From contig NC_091993.1 in NCBI RefSeq assembly GCF_044704955.1, positions 3,844,001-3,908,000 on the forward strand: a stretch of DNA of 64,000 nt, given 5' to 3'. The notes below the pieces were generated by a model. The model did no database searches. It was not told the origin of the DNA and worked only from the letters and a program-made list of their open reading frames with translations. The position numbers and the translations under genes were made by a program. Source of the DNA: Pristiophorus japonicus. Its lineage: Eukaryota. Shown piece after piece: positions 53,696 to 64,000 of the stretch; position 1 is the first letter of the stretch; the number at the start of each line of letters is the position of its first letter.

Positions 53696-54547
53696 TCAGG
53701 CTGAGATGGAGGAGTGTGATGAGGATTCCCCTTTATCAGAATTCTTCGCAGGATTGTAGCTGCTCTCCTTCCCTGCTTTCTTTTTTTAGATGACGACAAC
53801 CACAATGGCGAGAATGACAAGCAGCACGAGAAGTCCAAGCATAACACCAACAACAATAGGGACCTGGGAACCGGGCTTCGGCAAATAAAACATGCCGACT
53901 TTCTCCTCGGGCCCATTGTGCTCCACCTCACAGGAGAACCTGCCCTGGTCCTCGGGGTCAAACTCCGTCCATCTGTTGATCTGGTCGGTGCCGTCGTGGT
54001 TGTGGAGGATCCCACTGGACAGGGTCTCATTGAGGAACTTCCCATCTCTCCACAGAGTCACCTCGATGGCTTGAGGGTAAAACCCGGTGGTGACACAGGG
54101 CAGCCGTCTCGCATCACCCAGGTGGGTAAAGGACACTGCGGGGGCAGTGGCTCTCAGTTCTCCCTCTCCGGCCTTCAGGTATTTCTTCAGCCACGTGATG
54201 CACTCCTGCTCCAGGAAACCCTTCCTCTGCTGGTTGCCGGCCGTGTTCCAGTCCCAGTTGTGCTTGGTGCTCTCCCCCCAGTGTACCAGGGTGACCCACA
54301 CCATGTCGAAATTGACTAAATCATTGCCTTCCCAGCCGTACTGCTCAAACCTGCCAGTGGTGCCATCATCCCGCAGCTCACAGCCATACATCACCTGATA
54401 GGCGTGGATCCCACCGCTCTGGTTGGTCTGGGTTAGGGCGGTCTGAATATCGACCTTCATACTATACTGCGAGCCCACGCGATCTGTGTCTGCTCCTCCC
54501 AATACTCGGATCTCTGGCTCTCCTCCATCCACGGCTGCCGGGATCAT
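53696..54547 (-). pseudogene. intronless MHC class I heavy chain pseudogene: distal alpha1, alpha2, alpha3, TM and cytoplasmic tail
   Basis: Alternate frame gives (R)QPWMEE..EYWEEQTQIA; then NQSGGIH..MYGCEL, TKHNW, ECITWLKKYL; IgC1 domain CVTTGFYP..FSCEVEH; hydrophobic TM; premature TAA at 53786, then KKKAGKESSYNPAKNSDKGESSSHSSISA* ending 53696. No introns. Confidence 0.93.
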
Positions 54548-54565
54548 CGTCCGTTACGCCGGACA

Positions 54566-54745
54566 ATGTGTACAACTGCTGAGTCTGAAGCACAACTGGT
54601 AGCATGGTGAAGGCCTGCAGACTCTCACTCTCTCCGGTATTTCTTCACCTCAATGACCCCGATTCCCGGTGTGCCGGAGCGTGTGGTGGTCGGTTAAGTG
54701 CACGATGCGGAGTTTGTTCACTATGACAGCGATCGGAAGGTGATA
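54566..54745 (+). pseudogene. inverted 5' part of the same MHC class I gene (degenerate leader + N-terminal alpha1)
   Basis: From 54620: DSHSLRYFFTSMTPIPGVPERVVVG*VHDAEFVHYDSDRKV, which stops where the minus-strand part starts (MIP..). Confidence 0.9.
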
Positions 54746-55405
54746 ACGACAGTACCGATATAGCGATAGTTTGGATATAACTACAGTAGCGATATAACGA
54801 CAGTAAGGCTATAAAGACAGTACTGATGTAACAACAGTAAGTACATAATGGCACTACCGATATAGCGACAGTACGGATATAACAACAGTACCAATATTAA
54901 AGACAGTCCCGATATAATAACAGTAAGGGTATAAAGACAGTACCTATGTAACCACTGTAAATATATAATGACAGTCGCAATTTAACGAAGGTACCTATAT
55001 AAGAACAGTACCGATATAATGACAGTAAGCATAGAACGACATTACTGATATAACTAGGTTACTGTTATAAAGACAGTCCCAATATAACGACAGTAAGGAT
55101 ATAATGACAGCACTGATATAGCGACGTACCGATATAACGACAGTACTGATATAACAACAGTAAATACATAGCAACAGTACCGATATAACGACAGTACCAA
55201 TCCCACAACAATAAGCATATAATGACAGTACCACTATAATGACAGTAAGGATATAGCAACATTACCGATATAACGACAGTACCAATATAACGACAGTAAG
55301 CATATAATGACAGTACCGATATAAAGACAGTACTGATATAACGACAGTAAATACATAAGGACAGCAATGATATAGCGACAGTACCGATATAACGCCAGTA
55401 TCTAT

Positions 55406-56586
55406 GGGCCCAAGTTTCGGCCTCAGTTGCTCCTGATTTTTTGGAGCAACTGGTGTAGAACGGAGTATCTTAGAAATTCAAATTCTCGGTATTTAGTTTG
55501 CTCCAGTTCCAGTCAGTTAGAACAGTTTCACTTTGGAACAGAATTTTTTTTTCAAAAGGGGGCGTGTCCGGCCACTTACGCCTGTTTTCAAAGTTTAGGC
55601 AGTGAAAACTTACTCCAAACTAACTTAGAATGGAGTAAGTGAAGATTTTTGTACGTTCGAAAAAACCTTGTCTACACTTTAGAAAATCAGGCGCAGGTTA
55701 CAAATCAGGCGTAGGGATTGGGGGGAGGGGGGTTTAAAGGGAAGTTTACAAACATTAAACACTTCAGTTTTACAAGTAAAGAGCCATCATCAATAATAAA
55801 TGATAAAAACATCAATAAATCAACCAATAAATCAATCAAAAAAAATTAATAAGAAATAAAAAAAAATTTAAATCAATAAATAAAACATTTTCTACTTACC
55901 GACTGCAGCACCGGGAGCCCTCCAACAGCGTGCTGGGACGGCTCCCCCAGTGTGTCTCTGTCAGTGTCTCTATCTCTCTGTCTGTCTGTGTGTGTCTCTC
56001 ACTCTCTGTCTGTCAGTGTCTGTGTTTCTGACAGCGAGGGGTGGAGGGGAGGGGGAGGATGGGGAGGGGTGGTGGAAGGATGGAGGGGAGGGGGAGGAGG
56101 AGGAGGAGGAGTGGGGAGAGGGGGTGGGGGGGAAGAGGGGGAGGGAGGGAAGGGGGGGTGAGAAGGGAGGGAGGGAAGGGGGGTGAGAAGGGGGGGTGAG
56201 AAGGGAGGGAGGGAAGGGGGGTGAGAAGGGAGGGAGGGGAGGGGGGGAGGGAGGGGAGGGGGTGAGAAGGAAGGGAGTGGGGGTGAGAAGGGAGGGAGGG
56301 GGGTTGAGAAGGGAGGGAGGGGAGGGGGGGTGAGAAGGGAGGGGGTTGAGTAGGGAGGGGAGGGAGGGGAGAGGGGTGAGAAGGGAGGGAGGGGAGGGGG
56401 GGTGAGAAGGGAGGGAGGGGAGGGGGGTGAGAAAGGAGGGAGGGGAGGGGGGGAGGAGAGGTAGGAGGAGGGAGGGAAGGGAGGGAGGGAGGGGGGAGAG
56501 AAGGGAGGGAGGAGGGGGGTGAGAGAAGGGAGGGAGGGAGAGCAGGGGGGAAGAGAAGAGAGGGAGGGGAAGGGGGTAGAGAAGGA

Positions 56587-56634
<48 letters not shown>

Positions 56635-57340
56635 AGAGAGAGAGAGAGAGAGAAAGAAAGGAGAGGGAGGCTGAACAGGCCAGGCCCGACCGGGCCCAAG
56701 ACTTCGAGCTTAGACTTACCGGATTGACAGGTAGGTGGCGTCGGGTCCGGGGTCCAGGGGGGTCGGGAGCGCGGATCGGGGGGAGCGCGGGTCAGGGCGG
56801 TGGGGAGGGGGGGATCGGTCGGTCAGGAGGGGGGGTGGAGATCGGTCGGGGGGAGTGGGGGAGATCGGTCGGGAGGGCGGGGGGGGAGGAGGTCGGTCGG
56901 GGTGGGGGAGGAAGGTCGGGAGCGGGGGAAGCGGAGGTCAGGTCGCGGGGGGGGGTGTGTGCGGTCTGGTGGGGGGGGTGGGAGCGGGAGTCAAGTCAGG
57001 TCGGGTTGGGAGGAAACAGGAGCTGGGCGTGGGAGGAGCCTTATTCATGCAGCCCCAGTGAGCCCATTGGACCAGGGCTAGGAGCTGCGTGCTTCGGGCC
57101 CCTTCCACACAGTTTTGGGCGCCTGGAGCTACTGCACATGTGCGCCCACTGTAGCGCGCATGTGCAGAGGTCCCGGCACTGTTTTCAGCACAGGGACCTG
57201 GCTCCGCCCCCTACAGCTTTTGCTGCGCCGCGCCGAGGGCCAGAGGACCTGCCTCGAGCCGGAGAATCTGGAAGTTTTTTTTAGGCGCACTTTGTGGCGC
57301 GAAAAACGGGCGTTCTAGGCGTGGCCCGAAACTTGGGCCC
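55406..57340. mobile_element. Harbinger family-2-related MITE with expanded G/GA-rich core
   Basis: TIRs GGGCCCAAGTTTCGG / CCGAAACTTGGGCCC and TAT TSD; inverted homologue of 33407-34874. Confidence 0.85.
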
Positions 57341-57648
57341 TATATAACAACAGCACTGATATAACGACAGTACAGATAGAGCAACAGGTAGGAAATAATG
57401 ACAGAACGGATATAACCACAGTGCCGATATAACGACAGTAAGGATATAACGACAGTACCGGTATAATGGTAGTAAGGATATATCAAAAGTAAATATATAA
57501 CGACAGTAGCCTACAACAACAGTCCTGATATAGCGACAATTAGCAAATAATGGCAGTACTGATATAACGACAGTACCGATATAATGAGAGTAAGGATATA
57601 ATGACAATACCGATATAACGACAGTACTGATATAACGACAGTACCAAT

Positions 57649-58600
57649 ATGACACTAATGACACTAAGTTGGGTGGCAGTGTGAATGACACGAAGTTGGG
57701 TGGCAGTGTGAGCTGCGAGGAGGATGCTATGAGGCTGCAGAGTGACTTGGATAGGTTAGGTGAGTGGGCAAATGCATGGCAGATGAAGTATAATGTGGAT
57801 AAATGTGAGGTTATCCACTTTGGTGGTAAAAACAGAGAGACAGACTATTATTTGAATGGTGACAGGTTAGGAAAAGGAGAGCTGCAACGAGACCTGGGTG
57901 TCATGGTATATCAGTCATTGAAGGTTGGCATGCAGTTACAGCAGGCGGTTAAGAAAGCAAATGGCATGTTGGCCTTCATAGCGAGGGGATTTGAGTACAG
58001 GGGCAGGGAGGTGTTGCTACAGTTGTACAGGGCCTTGGTGAGGCCACACCTGGAGTATTGTGTACAGTTTTGGTCTCCTAACTTGAGGAAGGACATTCTT
58101 GCTATTGAGGGAGTACAGCGAAGGTTCACCAGACTGATTCCCGGGATGGCGGGACTGACCTATCAAGAAAGACTGGATCAACTGGGCTTGTATTCACTGG
58201 AGTTCAGAAGAATGAGAGGGGACCTCATAGAAACATTTAAAATTCTGATGGGTTTAGACAGGTTGGATGCAGGAAGAATGTTCCCAATGTTGGGGAAGTC
58301 CAGAACCAGGGATCACAGTCTAAGGATAAGGGGTAAGCCATTTAGGACCGAGATGAGGAGAAACTTCTTCACCCAGAGAGTGGTGAACCTGTGGAGATCT
58401 CTACCACAGAAAGTAGTTGAGGCCAATTCACTAAATATATTCAAAAGGGAGTTTACTACTAGGGGGATCAAGGGGTATGGCGAGAAAGCAGGAATGGGGT
58501 ACTGAATTTGCATGTTCAGCCATGAACTCATTGAATGGCGGTGCAGTCTATAAGGGCCGAATGGCCTACTCCTGCACCTATTTTCTATGTTTCTATGTTT
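57649..58600 (+). mobile_element. young CR1 3' fragment with stuttered 5' junction
   Basis: RT C-terminal ORF 57669..58505; tail at ~58580-58600. Confidence 0.93.
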
Positions 58601-58739
58601 CGATAACAACAGTAAGTATATAATGACAGTACTGATATAATGACAGTAAGGATATAACATCTTTACCGATGTAACAAAAGTAAGGATATAATGACAGTAT
58701 CGATATAGCGACAGTACCGATATAACGGCAGTAACGATA

Positions 58740-59470
58740 TAGAAACATAGAAACATAGAAAATAGGTGCAGGAGTAGGCCATTCGGCCCTTCTAGCCTGC
58801 ACCGCCATTCAATGAGTTCATGGCTGAACATGCAACTTCAGTACCCCATTCCTGCTTTCTCACCATACCCCTTGATTCCCCTAGTAGTAAGGACTTCATC
58901 TAACTCCTTTTTGAATATATTTAGTGAATTGGCCTCAACAACTTTCTGTGGTAGAGAATTCCACAGGTTCATCACTCTCTGGGTGAAGAAATTCCTCCTC
59001 ATCTCGGTCCTAAATGGCTTCCCCCTTATCCTTAGACTGTGTCCCCTGGTTCTGGACTTCCCCAACATTGGGAACATTCTTCCTGCATCTAACCTGTCTA
59101 ACCCCGTCAGAATTTTAAACGTTTCTATGAGGTCGCCTCTCATTCTTCTGAACTCCAGTGAATACAAGCCCAATTGATCCAGTCTTTCTTGATAGGTCAG
59201 TCCCGCCATCCCGGGAATCAGTCTGGTGAACCTTCGCTGCACTCCCTCAATAGCAAGAATGTCCTTCCTCAGGTTAGGAGACCAAAACTGTACACAATAC
59301 TCCAGGTGTGGCCTCACCAAGGCCCTGTACAATTGTAGCAACACCTCCCTGCCCTTGTACTCAAATCCCCTCGCTATGAAGGCCAACATGCCATTTGCTT
59401 TCTTAACCGCCTGCTGTACCTGCATGCCAACCTTCAATGACTGATGTACCATGACACCCAGGTCTCTTTG
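58740..59470 (-). mobile_element. young CR1 3' fragment
   Basis: ORF 58838..59509 (QRDLGVMVH..NLWNSLP); tail at 58740-58760. Confidence 0.93.
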
Positions 59471-60940
59471 GTTACTGTCGTTATATCGACAGTAAGTATT
59501 TAATGACATTACTGATATAACGACAGTAAGGACATAACAACAGTACCGATATAACGACAGTACTGATATAAAGACAGTAAGTATATAACGACAGAATGGA
59601 TATAATGAGAGTTAGTACATAACGACAGTGGCAATATAATGACAGTAAGAATATAACAACATTACCGGCATAACGACAGTACCGATATAATGATAGTACC
59701 GATATAATGATAGTACCGATATAACGACAGTACCAATATAACGACCGTACCAATATAACAGTAAGCATATAAGGACAGTACCGATATAATGGCAGTGAGG
59801 ATATAACAACATTACCAACATAACGACAGTTCCGATATAGCGACAGTACCGATCTAACGACAGGAAGTATTTAACGACAGTACCGATATAGCGACAGTAC
59901 CGATATAACGACAGGAAGTATTTAACGACAGTAAGTATTTAACGACAGTATTGATATAACGACATTACGGATATAACGACAGTACCAATATGACGACGGT
60001 AATTATATAACTAGAGTACTGGTATAACGACAGTACCGATATAAAGACTGTACCGATATAAAGACAGTACCGATATAAAGACAGTACCGATAAAACGACA
60101 CTAAAGGTATAACGACAGTACCGATATAATGAATGTACTGATATAATAACAGTAAGCATATAAGGACAGTACCGATATAACGACAGTAACGATATAGCGA
60201 TAGTACCGATATAACGACAGGAAGTTTTAATGACAGCACCGATATAACGGCATGACCGATATAACGACAATAAGGATATAACAACATTACTGATATAATG
60301 ACAGTAAATACGTAACGACAGTACCGATATAGCGACAGTACCGATATAGCGACAGTACCGATATAACGACAGTAAGGATATGATGACAGTAAGGCTATAA
60401 TGGCAATACTGATATAACGACAGTAAATACATAGCGACAGTACTGATTTAGTGACAATACCGATGTAACGATAGTACCTATATAACGAGTGTGCTGATAT
60501 AACAACAGTTCAGATAGAGCGACAGGTAGGAAATAATGACAGTACTGATATAACGACAATACCAATATGATGACAGTACTGATATAACGGCAGTACCGAT
60601 ATAACATCACTAAGGATATAACGACAGAACGGATATAACGACAGTAAGTATATAATGACAGTCGCAATATAACGACAGTACCGATATAAGAAATGTACCG
60701 GTAAAATGACAGTAAGGATATAAAGACAGTACTGAAATAATGACAGTAAGTACATAACGACAGTACCGATATACCGACAGTACCGATATAACGACTGTAG
60801 CGACATAACGAGAGTAAAGATATAACAAAAATAAGTATATAACGACAGTACCGATATACCGACAATACCGATATAACGACTGTAGCGACATAACGAGAGT
60901 AAAGATATAACAAAAATAAGTATATAACGACAGTACCGAC

Positions 60941-63900
60941 TGTTGTGTATCTGTAAAGCATGCACTCCCATGTTCTGCCACCAGGGAGCGCATCCCCTGA
61001 AGTCCCAAGGGATCCCAGCATCCCTTGGGACCCCTGTATATAAGCCGGCCCCTAAGGCCTGTTGCTCTGGAGTGTCATTAAAGACTGAGGTCACTGTTAC
61101 TTTAACCTCCCTGTGTGCAGCCTCATCTGTGTTAGGAACACAATAACTGGCGATGAGAATACGAATCCAACGCAAAGATGCAGCAAACTGTGGGCATCCT
61201 GGAGAAGTTCTCGGAGGGTGAGGACTGGGAAGCCTATGTCGAACGGCTAGACCAGTACTTTGTAGCCAATGAACTGGACAGAGAAGGAAGCACAGCGAAA
61301 AGGAGAGCGGTCCTCCTCACAGTTTGCAGGGCACTGACCGACATCCTCATAAAGAATCTTCTGGCTCCGGTGAAACCCACAGATAAGTCGTATGAGGAGC
61401 TGTGTACACTGGTTCAGGAGCATCTTAACCCAAGGGAGAGCATGCTGATGGCGAGGTATCGGTTCTACATGTACCAGCGATTTGAAGGTCAGGAAGTGGC
61501 GAGCTACGTCGCCGAGCTAATGCGACTTGCAGGACAATGTGAGTTTGATGGCAACCTGGAGCAAATGCTCAGAGACTTTTTTGTACTGGGCATTGGCCAT
61601 TAGACCATTCTATGAAAACTTTTGACTGTAGAGACACCGACCCTCAGTAAGGCCATTGCGATAGCACAGGCGTTTATATCCACCAGTGATAACACCAAAC
61701 AATCTCTCAGCACGCAAGTGCAAGCAAAGTTCATAAATTAACTGGAACTGTGTTTGTGAGCAGAAATGTACAGGGCAGAAACCACGAGTCTGCAACTGCC
61801 AGCAGGCCTCAGGTGACCCAGAGTCCCCAACAAAGGATGAATGTAAGGCAATTCACACCTTGTTGGCGTTGTGGAGGCTTCCATTCAGCCTATTCATGCC
61901 ACTTCAAAGGGTATGTTTGCAAGAGCTGTGGAACAATGGGGCACCTCCAACAAGCTTGCATACGAGCTGCAAGCTCTGCAAAACCTGCTAACCACCATGT
62001 GGCAGAGGAAGATCGGTGCATGGTGGATCAAAGCAATTTCGAGCCTCAGAGAGGAGGCAGATGCTGAAGTACACGGGGTGCACACATTTTCGACGAAATG
62101 TCCACCTATAATGCTTAACGTAAAATTGACTGGCTTATCCATAGCGATGGAACTGGACACTGGCGCTAGCCAATCCATCATGAGTAAAACGATGTTTGAG
62201 AGACTGTGGTGCAACAAAGCATTCAGAGCAGCCCTAAGCCCCATCCACACGAAACTGAGAACATACACCAAAGAGTTTATCACTGTCCTGGGCAGCGCCA
62301 TGGTCAAGGTCACCTACGAGGGCACGGTGCACGAACTGCCACTCTGGATTGTCCTGGGCGATGGCCCCACACTGCTTGGAAGGAGCTGGCTGGGCAAAAT
62401 CCGCTGGAACTGGGATGACATTCGAGTGCTGGCACATGTCGATGAGGCCTCATGTACCCAGGTTCTTAACAAATTTCCTTTCCTTTTTGAGCCAGGCATT
62501 GGAAACTTTTCCGGGGCGAAGGTGCGGATCCACTTGGGCCCAGAGGCACAACCCATTCACCACAAGGTGCGAGCGGTACCTCACACGATGAGGGAGAGAG
62601 TGGAAATCGAGCTGGACAGGCTGCAATGCGAGGGCATCATCTCCCCAGTGGAATTCAGTGAGTGGGCCAGCCCGATTGTTCCAGTATTCAAAGGTGATGG
62701 CACGGTCAGGATTTGCGGCGATTATAAAGTAACTATTAATCGTTTCTCGCTATAGGACCAATACCCACTACCTAAGGCAGACAACCTATTTGTGACCTGG
62801 CCGGAGGCAAGACGTTCACAAAGCTCGACCTGACTTTGGCCGACATGACGCAGGAGCTGGAAGAGTCTTCGAAGGGCCCCACCTGCATTAACACACACAA
62901 GGGACTGTTCATCTACAACAGATGCCTGATTGGAATTCGGTCGGCTGCAGTGATCTTCCAGAGAAACATGGAGCGCCTACTCAAGTCGGTACCACACACG
63001 GTGGTTTTTCATGACGACATATTGGTCACGGGTCGGGACACCGTCGAGCACCTACAAAACATGGAGGAGGTCCTCCAGCGACTGGATCTCGTAGGGCTGC
63101 AGCTGAGGAGGTCGAAATGCGTCTTCATGGCAACAGAAGTGGAGTTTTTGGGGAGAAAGATCGCGGTGGACGGCATTCGGCCCACAGACGCCAAGACAGA
63201 GGCTATCAGGAACACGTCCAGGCCACAGAACGTCACAGAGCTGCGGTCGTTCATGGGACTCCTCAGCTATGTTGGTAACTTCCTACCGGGGTTAAGCACT
63301 CTTTTAGAGTCCCTACACGTGTTATTGCGCAAAGGTGAGAACTGGATATGGGGAAAAAAAACAAGTAATTACTTTTGAGAAAGCCAGAAACATTTTATGC
63401 TCCAACAAGCTGCTTGTATTATATAACCCATGCCAAAGACTTGTGCTAACATGTGACACATCGTACGGAGTCGGGTGTGTTTTGCAACAAGCTAACATTA
63501 CGGGGAAGTTGCAACCTGTCGCCTATGCCTCCAGGAGCTTGCCTAAGGCCGAGAGGACCTACAGCATGATTGAGAAAGAAGCATTAGCGTGTGTGTTCGG
63601 GGTAAAGAAAATGCATCAGTACCTGTTTGGCCTCAAATTTGAGCTGGAAACCAATCACAAGCCTCTCACATCCCTGTTCACCGAAAACAAGGGGATAAAT
63701 ACCAATGCCTCAACCCACATACAAAGGTGGGCACTCGCGCTATCAGCGTATAACTATGCCATCCGCCACAGGCCAGGCACCGAGAACTGTGCGGATGCTC
63801 TCAGTCGGCTACCATTGCCCACCACGGGGGTGGAAATGACGCAGCCTGCAAACTTGTTGATGGTCATGGAAGCATTGAAAATGATAAATCACCTGTCATG

Positions 63901-64000
63901 GCCCGCCAGATAAGGACTTGGACCAGCCAAGATCCTCTGCTGTCACTAGTAAAAAACTGTGTACTGCATGGGAGCTGGGCCAGCATCCCTGTTGAAATGC
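60941..64000 (+). mobile_element. Gypsy/Ty3 LTR retrotransposon (5' LTR, gag, protease, RT, RNase H; runs off the window)
   Basis: LTR TG..CA at ~60941-61142; PBS-like TGGCGATGAG; gag from 61178 with CWRCGG.H/CKSCG..GH knuckles; protease LDTGA; RT with degenerate FHDD; RNase H (IEKEAL); stops and frameshifts. Confidence 0.92.

Larger units (their letters stand above)
49091..60940 (-). repeat. 17-bp satellite, orientation B (ACGACAGTACCGATATA on +)
   Basis: Blocks at ~49091-49280, 54743-55405, 57341-57650, 58600-58740 and 59470-60940. Confidence 0.95.

Noticed and set aside
53786-54547. 253-aa ORF as an intact MHC class I gene
   Set aside because: No signal peptide, frameshifted N-terminus, first half of alpha1 inverted with a stop, and a premature stop before the cytoplasmic tail.
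52879-54755. Target-site duplication around the MHC retrocopy (ATAACAGCAGT vs ATAACGACAGT)
   Set aside because: Both are satellite monomers, and the left one fits the adjacent CR1 equally well; not diagnostic.

Overview
Vertebrate repeat-rich DNA, most likely cartilaginous fish/shark (inferred from the MHC class I sequence style and the CR1/RTE/Harbinger repertoire). The scaffold is a degenerate 17-bp CpG-containing satellite (consensus TACTGTCGTTATATCGG or ...ATCCT). It is broken up by about 30 transposon insertions, many nested: CR1 LINEs (one near full length with an SGNH-esterase ORF1), RTE/BovB-like LINEs and short RTE derivatives, PIF/Harbinger elements and MITEs, a Tigger/pogo element, Gypsy LTR elements and solo LTRs. 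The satellite reverses polarity at ~49.09 kb, at a truncated Harbinger. The only host-gene sequence is an intronless MHC class I heavy-chain pseudogene (~53.7-54.75 kb). Its leader/N-terminal alpha1 part lies inverted on the + strand (missed by the ORF track), in the geometry expected for twin-primed retrotransposition. Its 3' region has no poly(A) and runs into an RTE-tailed short element, suggesting RTE-mediated retroposition of an MHC mRNA into satellite DNA. No intact host gene was found. Coordinates were counted by eye, so boundaries are approximate.
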